A DNA stretch of 63,519 bases, counting the filler, from Parasitella parasitica NRRL 2501 (taxonomy: Eukaryota; Fungi; Mucoromycota), in NCBI GenBank assembly GCA_025201805.1. It is 10 parts of 10 records of this genome, joined end to end, with 100 filler letters (N's around TTAATTAATTAA, not from the genome) between each part and the next. Parts side by side here need not be neighbours in the genome. Positions count along the whole stretch, not along the records: positions 18,196 to 40,678 come from MU619429.1; positions 40,779 to 44,058 come from MU619292.1; 8 more parts are not named here. One strand, written 5' to 3'. A model generated the notes under the pieces. It did no database searches. It was not told the DNA's origin and worked only from the letters and a program-made list of their open reading frames with translations. Below are positions 28,707-41,787 of the stretch, piece by piece; position 1 is the stretch's first letter, and each line of letters opens with the position of its first letter. Position numbers and translations under genes: made by a program.

Positions 28707-30466
28707 ATGAGCAACGAAAATCAACCTTTGTTGGGGCATCCTGAGGCCCACCAAGAACCTACCTTTTGGTCCTCTTTCAAGGTTACTGTCTTCTCATCTT
28801 ACATCAACTACTTTTTGATCTTTGTGCCTATCGCTATCGCGTTTACTGTCTTGGGAGCATCTCCTACTGTTGTCTTTACACTCAATTTTATTGCCATCAT
28901 CCCGTTGGCAAAACTGCTGGGTTTCGGTAAAAAGCTTTGTTTAAATGGTTTGAATGGGAATCTAATCTAGATGTTGAACAGCAACCGAAGAAATTGCACT
29001 TCGATCTGGCTCGACTATTGGTGCTTTGCTCAATGCAACATTTGGAAATGCCGTAGAATTGATTTTGGGTGTTATTGCATTAAAGGAGGGGTTGATCCGC
29101 GTTGTTCAAGGCAAGTATCGCGGTAAAATAGATCTATTATTCTCGATACTAAACGACACATGTAGCCTCTGTTCTGGGTTCCATCTTGTCTAACCTTTTG
29201 CTAGTGAGTACATTTTGTTCTTGCATCCCCGCCAAAGCCATCTTATCAAAGCAATTATGTAATTTAGGTTCTCGGTTTTTGTTTCTTTTTGGGAGGTATC
29301 AATAGAACTGAACAAAAGTTCAATGTTACAGGTAAGAAAAAAAAAAAGGGCAAGATTTAAAGATTGACATGCTGTACCACAAATCCCTCCAGCTGCTCAA
29401 ACATCTTGCTCCCTTTTGGCTGTAACTACCTTGTCTCTTCTTGTTCCTGCTGCATTTTCAGCCTCTACTCCTGGGGAGGATACTGTAGAAGATATTCTTC
29501 AATTGAGCCATGGTGTGTCGATTGTCCTGTTGATCGTTTATATTCTTTATTTACTTTTCCAGGTAACACATTTGCAACCGTGTTTGGCGTAATTTTGTTA
29601 CTAATACACCTATTTTAATAGCTCAAAACACATACTTTCTTGGTACAACGCTGTATAAAAAGATGAAACAAGTGCCTCCTTTACTAAATAGCCTGTATTT
29701 TTTAGTATGAAGACGAAGAGGATGAAACAGAGGTCCCTACAACTACTCTTGCCTTCTCTGTCGGCACGTAAGTTTCCCAGTATTCTATTTGTTGTTTATT
29801 TGTGTGTTCCTGGGATTTAACCTCACCTTATACTTGTTTATCACCATATACATAGACTCTTGGTTGTCGGACTCGTTGTATCAGTTCATGCAGAATACCT
29901 CGTTGGAGCGTAAATGTTTTTATTTGCACATTACTCACAAACAACCGTCTAATATATAGCTCTTATGTAGTATCGAAGGTGTAGTTGAGAAATGGGGCAT
30001 CAATGAAACTTTTGTTGGCCTTATTTTGTTGCCTATTGTCGGAAAGTAAGTCTAGGATAATCCCTGCTTTTAAGTAGATACTGACACCCGTACTTTAGTG
30101 CCGCCGAGCATGTTAGTGCTGTTACGTTTGCCATGAAGGATAAAATGAACCTGTGTATTGGCATTGCTGTTTCATCATCCCTTCAGATCGGCTTATTGGT
30201 TACACCTGTATTGGTTTTAGCCGGTTGGGCTATCAACCAGCCTATGACCTTGTTCTTTGAAGACTTTGAAACAGTCATTTTATTTGCAAGTGTACTTATC
30301 GTGAATTACTTGATTCAAGATGGCAGATCGAATTGGTTGGAGGGTATCCTCTTGTTGGTAAGGGCTACATGTCATCGATTAAAAACTGATAATGTTCTAA
30401 CGTGTATTTGTTTATCGATAGTCATCCTATGTGATCATTGCCATGGCGTTCTATTTATACCCTTAA
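28707..30466 (+). CDS. VCX1: Vacuolar Ca2+/H+ exchanger (CAX family), 11 exons
   Basis: [56 protein letters not shown]; includes 21-nt exon 29622-29642 and a GC-AG intron. Confidence 0.95.
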
Positions 30467-30984
30467 ATGTGAACTTGCCTGTAGTAGTCTGTAGACTTTT
30501 GTTTTTATATCATACATAAATTGTTTCTTTATTTGGAGTTATGTATCATCGCATGTTTTGAAATATTGTCTCGTTTTTTTTTTAAAAAAAAAAGTCTACC
30601 ATAGCAGCGCCAGGTGGCATAGTAACAGCCAAAGGTTTCGAATGATATCAACTGAGAACATTCACTGCTAAATGACCTTGATCCCAGACAAAGCTTGACC
30701 TCTGCATTGCATTTTAATATATACCCGTCTTGGCCCATACATGATTTCTGTGTGAGCCAATCAAATTTTCACTGCGTGATCTTTCTTACCGCTATGGCAG
30801 TGATAATTGTCATGGAAGATCCATGTAACACAGGGAAACACTACTAAATAAACATGTATTTATATGGGTTATTGTGTGTGTATGTGTGTGTGTACTATTA
30901 GATTCTCTCTTTTTTCTTTTTCTTTTGCTCTATATTTCTTTTTCTTTTAAATATTTTATATATATACATATTCTTTCTCATAAA

Positions 30985-31960
30985 ATGGCATTCGAAGTTG
31001 ATACAACACTACATCATAATTCTCGAAAAAGTCACCGAGTATATCGATCGCCATCCAGTCTGAATGAACCGAGTCCTTATGCAAAAGCCAACACAGATAC
31101 AGCAATGGATATTGATGCTAAAGATGAAGAGGCTGGAAGCATTTTAATGGCATTATCACAACATGCAGCTCGGATACGGTCCAATTCAACCCATGACAAA
31201 CAGGTTCAGTCAACAGAATTGAATAAACTTGCGTAAACGTAGTAATCTTGATATTTATCTAGCCTATTGCTGCCAGTAGTATGATTACAGGAAGAAGCAA
31301 TTCCATGTCCATTAGAAATCTGCTTGGTAAACCGACATTCGCCATGTGCTGTTTATCCATACTAACCAGTATGTCTAGTAGATAATGAAACATTAGCAGA
31401 TAAACCACCAGTAAGCCCCTATTCAATGAATACACCATTATCGAGTACTGAATAATGTTGTTAGATTCGTCCATACCAGTCAGTCTCAACAGGATATAAG
31501 CCTTACTATGAATCAAGACGCAAAGGATTTCAAAGTAAATTTGCATCGTCTCAAAATATCCGGCTTAGTTTACAAGTATTTTTTTTAGTTTGTCTTGCGC
31601 AGAGAAGTACGGTATCAACAGATGAAGACATGTACCATCATCGACGTAAACAAAGATCACTCGGTAGACACCCAACTAATCAAAGCTGTGCAAAACATTA
31701 TCGGCCGTTAAAGATCAAAGGAAATACTGCACACATCCACATAAGCTACCGCATTCATGCTCATCAGGCTTCATTGGTAGAGTTTAATCAACATGGCATT
31801 ATTTGCAGGTAAAAAAAAACTCATCTTCTTATCATAGTTTGAAACAGCTAGATTTAAATCAACAAAAACAATACAATCATCATACCCCAGAGCATCTCAT
31901 TCAGCACCTTACACGGACCATCATCATCACTATCCGTACCCTTACCGACAAGACGTCTGA
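30985..31960 (+). CDS. Uncharacterised multi-exon low-complexity protein (3' end uncertain)
   Basis: ATG 30985; EEAGSILMALS and MSIRNLL motifs; GT-AG introns at 31204-31262 and after 31326. Confidence 0.5.
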
Positions 31961-32068
31961 AATGCTGTCAATGTATATATTTGAAAAAAAAAAAAATGTC
32001 TCGGATGAAAACAAACTATATATTGTATTTCAATAAACACTTTTGCTCACTCTTTTTATTTGCTCGAC

Positions 32069-32552
32069 ATGATACTGTATTGGATTCTCCATTTATTGTC
32101 ATTATTGTTGTCCGTAAATGGATTCGTTCCATTACGTAAACATCATTATCGTATACAGACGCCAATGAACGAAACAAAAGTACTATCATCAAGCAGCAAC
32201 AATGTCAGTGCTTTGTACAAAGTAGAGGGTGGCTGTGGTAAAGCCTCATTGTCTTGTATGGCATTCAGCTACAAATCTTCAATTCCCATACGCTGTGGCA
32301 TCTTGGATAATGCTCCCTTATGTGAGCGCATGGATCCTATTGCAAAAGACACCAAGTGTGATGTGTTCTGTGATACAGATGGGTAGGCAGCAGTGTGTTT
32401 GGGTTTACTGAATTTCTGCATTAACATACTGAATTAGTGGCGGTAGACTGTGCGAAAGGGCTTTTCCTTCTTGTTGTTTGGGCAGCGTCAATGGATGTAC
32501 TTCTTCAAGGCCAAGAAATATTAAACTGTATACAAAGCAACATATAGATTGA
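32069..32552 (+). CDS. Small secreted cysteine-rich protein, 2 exons
   Basis: Signal peptide MILYWILHLLSLLLSVNG; intron 32383-32437 keeps frame into GGRLCERAFPSCCLGSVNGC; 10 Cys. Confidence 0.65.
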
Positions 32553-33338
32553 CTCGTGAAACGTGAATTCGTGCCATCATAATGTCATAGCAATAAACAT
32601 TCTTCTTATTTACATACATGTGATCATAATTGATTGATGATGATATACAAAATCAATATAATATGATAAATGCGTAGATTCCCTCATGTTTTAAAGGGCT
32701 AGATGGCATATCCCGGCTGCCAAGTATCATGAGGTCTACTTGCTCCCCGGACAATAGCACATTGCGCATACTACTGCCTGACACATGCTATATTCTTCTG
32801 CGAGCTATTCCTTTTTCTTTGTGGCAAAAGCGACAACAGCAAGGGGGCCGAGCCTTGCTAATTCGATTAGATATACAAAATCCAAACATCTTCAAAATAT
32901 GTTAAAATTACTGAAGATGATTTCGAACCTATGAAGAGCATTGTTAGCTTTATCCTCTTGGATCACAAACTTTAGGTAAGCATTGTTGAGCAGAGCCAAA
33001 AAAAAAAAAAAAAAAACCGTGCCTGCAACTGCATCAGCAGCTACTGCTGATGGTTACCATCCTGTTGGCTGTCAACCACATCTTTCGTAGGTATCAATTA
33101 TTTTCGTCTCTTTATCAAGTGATAGCTAGCCATCCTATTTTAAAGTCAAAGTATAGGAATGGAAACCAGCATGAATAAACAAGATTCGCACCTGCTCCCA
33201 TCACATTTTGACATCTGACTTGAATGCGGAAGAAGTCTATACACTGAGCATAGCACGCGTCATGTGACATGCCTACAAAGCCAAAGATTGTTTTACACAA
33301 CCCCTTTTTCTTTATCTCTCTGGTTTTTTTTTTAAATT

Positions 33339-35056
33339 ATGGAGCAAGAACTTATAGAGCTTTTACTTGCCTCCAAAAAAGCTTTATCTGCAGGCCAATC
33401 CATCTGCGCACAAGCCAACACCTACCTACAAACATCAGAAGGTCACGTTGAGACGATTGCCAAAATCCATCCCAAGTTGCTCTTTGTCGATAATCATATT
33501 TTAGTACAATGCAGAATATTAGAGGGCATTAGAGAATATGTAAATGCACAAACCGAGTCTTGCCAAAACATGATCAAGGTAGCAAATATAGCTAGCTTCT
33601 CTATTTTATACTCAACTTTTTAGTTTAGGACCGAGAAGCGCATTTGCAAACACTTACCATCGAGTTGACACAGATCTTTAATTTATTAAAGAAATGCATG
33701 GTAGATAAAGACATCCTCAAGGTCAATCAGGAAATTTTGGGACAAGCAGAAGCAGAAGAGACACACGAATACACTTGTTTGTTCGACTATATTTCGGACC
33801 AAGATATCATTGATTTACAAAGACAAGCGGACGACGAGATTGGAGAGATTGAGGTTGGTAGGGTTTGTGCTCCCAAAAGGAAACATGGAATTAAAACAGG
33901 TTATCGTCTAGTCAGTGAGCAACGCTATGCAACACCAATCCAAATTAATATCGATATTCTTGGCAGATATTGCCAAAGCACGAAAGGCATCACTAACTTT
34001 ATCGCTGGATGAAGAAACTGCTGCATATTCTAGCGAGAAAATACAGACTCAGGAAGATGAGGTATCCAACATGGCCGACATTCTGACGAGCTTGACAAAT
34101 CACTATGACCAATTGGGCGAGGCAACAAGGTGAGTGGATCAGATGCGCTCAATAAAGATAAAACACCAACTGAGAGAAACGCAGACTGTATCAATCTGAT
34201 CCGGATGGCCGTGGCCAATTGGATATCACTGTGCTCGAAGACGACCATGAACATATACCAAATATTTTAGAGGACCTGAAGCACAGTTTGGACATTGTAG
34301 AGTCTGTAAGGTGGGTTTTCGCTAGGATTGCGAACTAGTGGCTACTGATCCTCATAAAAAAAAGCCAAGAAATTCAGCATCGAATGCAAGCTTATCTACA
34401 CGTAAGAGATGAATTGATCAAAATATTGAATCAGTTGGAAGATTTTGGTAGTCGAGGACAAGCAGACGGGATACTGGAAAAGATGCAAGACACAGAAGTT
34501 GAGATTAAAGAGAGAGAGTGCAATTTAGATGTGTTTTTTGAGCAATTGGCCAATTTAGCGAAATGGTATCGATGCTATGCTTCCTCGTACAACTACCTGC
34601 TGTTGGAAATTGAAAGGCGAAGAAAGTCGCAAGAGAGACAAGAAACATTACGACAGGAAATAGTGAAGAAATTAGATGACGCATACAATGGCAAGTGGTT
34701 TTCATGCAAACAAACATGTCGCACAACTAAACCTCTCTCACAGACGAGCTGCAGGAAAGACGATCGTGGTCTGCTCAGCATGGCCAATATTTACCCGAGG
34801 TGCTTTGCACTTTTATCAATGTAAATTGGGAAATGTTGCGCTTAATAGCCATGTTATTAACGCAGACTCTTGTTGCGTAGGACTCTCCTTCTGTCTTGAG
34901 GGTTAACGTAGAAAGGAATTCAACTAGGCTTCCCGAGTTATCGCCTGCAAACGTTAAAAAGGTATTTGCTTATACCTGCACTCGTTTGTTTTGCTTACTA
35001 AATCCAACCAATCCAACCAGGCATTGACTGAAATACACAATTCTTCACATGAATAA
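33339..35056 (+). CDS. ATG17: Autophagy-related protein 17, multi-exon
   Basis: Coiled-coil protein with ASKKALSAGQSIC, SLTNHYDQ, YNYLLLEIERRR, HGQYLPEVLC motifs typical of Atg17. Confidence 0.85.
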
Positions 35057-35161
35057 ACAAGGACAGGAGGAATAACAGACTTTTTCTTTTTGTTTGTGAT
35101 GTTATGATTACAAAATACGAATGGAGGTTTTATACATGTGCAATTGTGTTACTTTTTTTTT

Positions 35162-35538
35162 TCAAAGATCTTTTACGAGTTCTCCCGGTCTGCTTGTATC
35201 TGGAAAAGGAGTAGGTGTAGTCGAAGTTTCAGCATGGAGTGATTTTTGTGCTTGCTGTGCTTCCAAAACATCATTGAGGCGAGCCTTATTTGCATGTTAG
35301 TTGAATGAATTGAACATGAGCATACGCATTCATACTTACGAGTTCCTCATGAAGCTTTCCTTGCTTTTTTAGCTCCATTCTGCGGTTGACAAGCATGCCA
35401 ACATTGACCATGTAATAAACTGCAAAATTTTTAATGATGTGTAAACCATACTCAACACAGGGAATTACCGGTAGTTCCTGCAAGTAGAAGAACTGCTGAT
35501 TTTTGTGCTATGTCAGCTAGACGACCAGTTACTGCCAT
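35162..35538 (-). CDS. COX14: Cox14-like cytochrome c oxidase assembly factor, 3 exons
   Basis: MAVTGRLADIAQKSAVLLLAGTT/VYYMVNVGML.../ARLNDVLEAQ...KDL*; small single-TM protein resembling the Cox14 N-terminus (LADI..K...LL..TVY). Confidence 0.7.
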
Positions 35539-35575
35539 AGTGAATTTTATAAAGAGATACAAAAGTAAAAAGACA

Positions 35576-35631
<56 letters not shown>

Positions 35632-35803
35632 TGGACGCAAGCAGCCTGGTCGTGAGTGTTTACAATATATACACTACAGAATCAAAATCATCCAATAGAA
35701 TTGGGAAAATTGGTTAGGCTGAACACACTATTTAAATCTTTCGTAGCTGCATCTTCTTTTCTTTTTTTCGTCAACACCACATATTTTTTGTTTCTAATCA
35801 CAG

Positions 35804-36666
35804 ATGAATCTTTTCTATGGCAAGGCAAAACAGAAAAATACAACAAAAGACACCATGTTACGTCTGCGTGAAGCTCTAGATATGCTGGATAAAAGGGTGA
35901 CGCATTTACAGACAAAGGCCGATAACGAGATGAAGATAGCCAAGGCAAATGCTACCAAAAATAAGAAAGGCAAGTAAGACTAGTATGGTGGCGTATACTC
36001 ATTAATAACCTGTGGATTTAGTCGCTATATTGGCCCTGAAAAGAAAAAAAATGCATGAAGCTAATATCGAAAAGATGGATAGTGCTCGTTTAAACATTGA
36101 AAGCCAAATGATTACCTTGGAAAATGCCAATGTTAACCTCGAAATTATGAATGCCATGAGTGCTGCTGCTGAAACTATGAAGAATACCCACAAGGAATTG
36201 TACGTCTTTTTGTGTGAGGATAGTAGAAATTCAGATCACAAGCTAACTTTTTGCATAGGGATATTGACAAGGTGGATTCTACCATGGATAATATCCGTGA
36301 CCAGATGGAACTCGGCGCTGAAATTTCAGAAGCTATTTCTCGACCTGTAAATGGAAGCGATGAGATCGATGAGGTACATGTATATGCTATATACACGAAA
36401 TCATCTGTTAACAGTATTTATGTTCAGGATGAATTATTGGAGGAGTTGGAGGAATTGGAACAAGAAGAATTAGATGCCAAAATGTTGAGCCCCTCTTCAC
36501 CAGTTATATTAGCACCCAACGTTCCTGTTGATAAGCCTAGTAAGTTTTATGTACATCAGTTTTATATATGGTCAAGTGTTAAATCATATGCCGTTTAGTC
36601 GTTACTCGCGAAGAATCTGATGAAGAAGCCGAACTTCGAGCACTACAAGCGAGTATGGCCTCGTAA
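35804..36666 (+). CDS. SNF7: ESCRT-III subunit Snf7/Vps32, multi-exon
   Basis: [63 protein letters not shown]. Confidence 0.94.
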
Positions 36667-37008
36667 AAGAATGATGGAATCCGAAACGATCGGTTCCAGC
36701 ATATATCAAAACGACAACAATCGTGCAAGTAAACTGAAATTTTTTTTTCTCTCTCCCTATCTTTTGATACACCTACTGATACACAGACAAAGTCTAAATT
36801 CACAATGTTTTATTTGTTGATGAATGAATCAATATCTTAATTTCATGATGGCAGCTAATAATTGTTTTGGATTTTCACCCAATAAATCTGCGTATTTCAA
36901 ATTGTGTACATCAGTTTCAGTCCGCAAGTTAATAATATACACCCTTTATATGGTGGCAATCGTATCTACCTATCACTTTTAGTTTTCTCTTCCATTCTCT
37001 ATATTTCA

Positions 37009-38726
37009 ATGTCTTCTAGCACACTTTTTGTTGAAACGATCGGCAAACAAGCTTGTATCATATTCAATGACAACAGCCTTCGAATTCAATCCGATTCAAC
37101 GGTAATCACTCCCCTCCTGAAAGAAACAAAAAAGACATCGAGGTCTTGCCTTTGTTTACCAACTGTAGACGGATTGGCAAACGATGATCCCACTTTATCA
37201 TTACTGCCAATTCCGTACAGAAATATTCTGCATGCTAATTTCAATGCAGAAACAAATATGATTCAATTTAATGTCCTTGTAGCTGATAAGCCAGCCGATC
37301 CCGAATCAACCGCTCACTTGTTGAAGTTAATGTACACGGTCAGAGATAATGAACAAGAAAAAGCCGCTGAGCTTTGTAAAAGTATCATGGCAAGTGTCTA
37401 TAAAGGTGATGAATGCGACAATATAAGTAAACTTCATCTTCTAAAGTGTGTTGGCATTTAGATTTGATACCCGAAAAGCGTCTGTTGATCTTGATCAACC
37501 CTTTTGGCGGCCAATCCAAAGCAAAGTCTATTTTTGAAGAAAAAGTAAAGCCTGTATTGGAAGCCGCAAAATGCAAATTAGATATTCAATGTAAATATCG
37601 ATAATAGTCAGAGTGGTAGTGGCTGATTTTACTATAGACACCGAGCATCGCTATCATGCTCTGGAGATTGCAAAGGGGCTCGACATTGAATCTTACGATA
37701 CAATTGTCACCGTCAGCGGTGATGGTTTGATTCACGAAGTAATCAATGGATTCCTCCAACGACCCAATGCTAGAGAAGCAATTAAAAAGGTTTCTCTGGG
37801 CATTATCCCTGCAGGTACCAGCAACTCGCTAAGCATCTCCATGTCTGGCGAGAAATTAGGCTTTGATGCCACACACAATGCTCTTCAAGTCATTAAAGGA
37901 CGACCCTTAGCTCTTGATCTCTGCTCAGTAACCTACGACGACAACCGCTATTTTTCCTTCTTGTCGCAAAGTTTTGGTATTGCTGCTTATGCTGACTTGG
38001 GCACCGAGCATATGAGGTAAAAATGCTGATAGCAATGCAATGCTCGAATATCTTACCATGTAATTTTCAGGTGGATGGGAGACACTCGTCCCATAATCGG
38101 CCTCATGCAAGAAATATTTTCTAAACGCACATATCAAATGGAGGCTTCATTGCTCATTGCGGAATCCGATAAACAAAAAATCAAAGAGTGTTACAAGAGC
38201 AGTTTTAAGATATCCGAATGGAAAGATCATGCATCCGGCGAATTATCCGTGCACGATACCATGCCTCCATTGTCAGAGCCTGTCCCTGAAAACTGGACAA
38301 CAATCAATGGCGATATCTCCATGTTCCTAACCAGTAATGTACCGCTTTTGAATCGCGGAATGCTTTCTCATCCGTGTGTGTCTGCCAATGATGGTTTCAT
38401 CGATCTATTGCTTGTACGTGGAGGAAAGGGCATTACCAAACAATTGACCATGTTTACAAATGTGGATTCTGGGAAACATTTGGATATGGACATTGTAAGT
38501 CTCTTTTTTTTTGTGTCATACGTCACTTGTTAAGCTGATGTAAATCTAGGTTGAATACTACAAAGTGAAAGCTTTCAGGTTAAAGCCCATTATAAAACCT
38601 GGCAAGACTGCGTATGTTGCAATCGATGGAGAACATGCTTCTACTAAGCAGTTTCAAGTTGAAGTGCACCAATCTCTTGGATCTGTCTTGAGTCTGAACC
38701 CCACATTTGTCAATACTCATGTATAA
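37009..38726 (+). CDS. Sphingosine/sphingoid long-chain base kinase (Lcb4/Lcb5 family), 5 exons
   Basis: LINPFGG, VSGDGLIHEVING, IPAGTSNSL, DLGTEHMRWMGDTR, VAIDGE. Confidence 0.93.
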
Positions 38727-39189
38727 TCATGTAAACAACCCTTCATTTTCGGGTATTAGAGTACATCTTCCGAAACAATTTAGGCACAAAATAATCAATT
38801 TTGCATAATATGTATATCAATGCTTTGCTTGGCAAAATTATAATTGAAACATTAAACCCACTCCCTAAGATAATTGTGGACGTGATTGAAAACAATGATG
38901 CTTAAACTAAGAATTCACAACAGAAGATAAAAACGCATAATTCTGCTTTGTTTGCGTCTTTGATTGCTGATTTGGATCCAACAGTAATTCACTCATCTAG
39001 GAGTTAATACAAAGATTAAAAGTAAAAGAAACTAACAATAACATTTATGAATACCTACCACAACAACCGCGAAAGTTTTATTATTTTTTATTACTTTATA
39101 TCTGACAATGCTGATATTTAAATTGTGTAACCAAATCTAATATAGTATGACATACCGAATGTCACCATACGAAGACGATTGCCAGTTAA

Positions 39190-39830
39190 TGATAACGGAT
39201 TTAGTAGTATACTGTATATATTAGGATTTCTGATAACAAACCTTTTATTTCTGATAGAAGCTGAGACATTTCTGAGAGAAGAGAAATGTCTCCTCAAGAA
39301 GATTTCAAGTAGAAAGAAGAAGTATTAAATGCAATCATCAACGGGACACAATACAAATTTTTTTGAGATCCATAATGCTTGAATGTTGATAAATGATTTC
39401 AGATATATCCGTTATAAATTAGACATCTAAATAACCTCAAATAGTTAGACAAGTATATAGAACTGAATATATTATTAAGGTATTTAGTTGTACGCATCCG
39501 TCAAATTATGCATTTATACAATGGCAGTTTATTTCTGAATCCAACTTTAAACCAACCATTCCATTCTGTTTTCACTTTTAAAAATTGTGGCATATTCAAG
39601 CAAATGATAATCTCTATTTTTTATAACTTCGTATTTTCATTTTATGTTACATCTGTTAAGTTAAGTTAACACATCCAATATCAAAGAAGAATATACAGTC
39701 GGGACTCGTTATAACGGAAGGGTTGGTGGACTAAAATGTGTTTGGTATAACGAGTTATCCCTATTCAGAATTTGATACTCTACAGTGCAGTCTCTAAAAC
39801 CTGGAACCTGGAATCTACCAGAAGCTTATT
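39190..39830. mobile_element. Orphan pogo/Tc1-like terminal inverted repeat remnants
   Basis: TA-CAGTCGGGACTCGTTATAACG at 39694, TA-CAGTGCAGTCTC at 39781, and opposite-orientation ATAACGGATTT...TACTG-TA near 39192-39215. Confidence 0.4.
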
Positions 39831-40778
39831 ATGACGCTTAACTTTTGTGAGTAAAATTACCCTCAACATCAATCCTATCCTCTATTTTATATGTTTAGCA
39901 TTATTATAAGCAACAATGATAATAGGGCTAGCAACTTATGAATTATTCACAAATAACAAGGTGTTATTTCAGTAGAGTATTCATTAACTATCCTCTTCTG
40001 CTTCTAGCTTGATGAGCCATACCTGTTTGATGATATTACTATGAAGAAAGGTATACTTGCGGCACCAAAAAAAAAAACTTACTTAATAGAGCTATGTCAT
40101 GTACTAAAATTGATATTGACATGGTATCACCTCCAGATAGGTATTTTTCACAGCTTAAAAGCAAAAACTTTAGCTTTGTGTGCCATTTTTTGATTGATTT
40201 TTATAATAAAAGTGCCCTGAAAACACCAGAAATAGTATCCATTGGAAAAAGACTATATTATATATGATTTTGGTGCAATTTGAGCATGATTTTTTTTTCG
40301 ATGCAGAATGACGGATTTTTTCGATTTTTTCCTTGTACCCACACATCCAAAATCATCGATTATGCATTATTCCCGATTTTGACCCCAAAAATGCAACTTT
40401 TTACTATAGCATATATTAGAGTAAAATGATCGTAAAAGGTCATTCCTTGATTTGAAAGACTGGAAATGCACTCTAATTAAGCAAAATGTTGACTTTTCCC
40501 TCTTAATCCGTTTTTGAGATCTTTCGGAAGAATTCCTTCCATAGGCATACGGCGATTATGAAAATGATACCATCATGTAGAGCGCCCAAAAATACAGCTA
40601 TTATCATAAACTGACAGCCGTGTTATGCATAGTATCAGAGGATGATATCTTGCCCCAAAGGAGTAATTTTGATTTCTTNNNNNNNNNNNNNNNNNNNNNN
40701 NNNNNNNNNNNNNNNNNNNNNNTTAATTAATTAANNNNNNNNNNNNNNNNNNNNNNNNNNNNNNNNNNNNNNNNNNNN

Positions 40779-41787
40779 TCAAGAGCCTCAGACAGAACCA
40801 GTTCAGAAATAATGAAGCTGCATAAGTAACATCACTGAGATGACGAACAACGCGATGTACTTCTGTTATAAAGCCAGTTCTTTGGTCTTGATTGAAGTCT
40901 TCAACCCTTAGCATAGCTTCCAGTTTCGTTTTGATTACAAACTTTGTTCTCCTAGTTCTTGGACCAACGACTTCAGCCTCTTCTGTTGCAACATTGGGAT
41001 TTCTTTTAGATTTAGTAGTGGAAGATTTTTGTCGAGCTTTCCTCTTTACTTCAGAACGCGCTTGTTTTATTTTGACTTTCTCGGATAGGTACACTGGGGT
41101 ACTAGAGGATTCACTAGGTGTACTTGGAGTGAGACTGACAGCCTTTTTAAACTCTTGTGACATTCCTGTATTAAACTTAAAAGAGTATTTAGTAAAAACT
41201 CAAAAGTATAGTTCATTTTAGGTATTGGCATACCTGTAGATTGAGTGGAAGCTTGTACAGGAGTAGTAACTGAGGTTGTTGCGCGAGTAGTACGAGGTCG
41301 AATAAAAAAAGCCTCTTGAAAGTCATCATCTTCTTCGAAATCAGCAATAACAGTGGAACGAGCAATTTGAGGGGTTTGGCGTACGTTGGTAGAAGAACTA
41401 GATTCGCCGGACTCAGCGACACCCTGTCTTTGTAAAGACAATCTTGTTGCTTCTTCGATATCGCGCTGTTCTCTGGCTATTGTGGAAGGAGGAGGACGGA
41501 GACCGATTGGAACTTGAAAGTCTTCATATTTTTCATCTTCAAAAAAGTCAGCAGGAATACTTGAAGCAACATCCTTGGCTAAAGCAACGTTGGTATTATT
41601 AGTTTTATTAGTGTCTTTTTCAGTTATATAGATATTTAGCATACCTTTCTCTTTTCCCTTCTTTTTTCTTGGTCCAGAATCTCCAGCACCTTTGTTTCCA
41701 GAAGAATCCAAAAGTATACAGTAAGACATATGAAATACAGTTAGACATTAAACTAAATACTTTACCTGGCTTTCTTTTTGGAGGCAT
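40779..41787 (-). CDS. 5' part of a spliced Fanzor1-like (TnpB-derived) protein, truncated by contig end
   Basis: MPPKRKP exon 41787-41766, three GT-AG introns, last exon reads TKFVIKTKLEAML...VHRVVRHLSDVTYAASLFLNWFCLRLL, resembling the Fanzor1 WED/REC start; RuvC not in contig. Confidence 0.6.

Noticed and set aside
32970-32984. U1 snRNA-like 5' end (ATGCTTACCT on minus strand)
   Set aside because: No U1 stem-loops or Sm site follow; it is simply the complement of a donor-like AGGTAAGC
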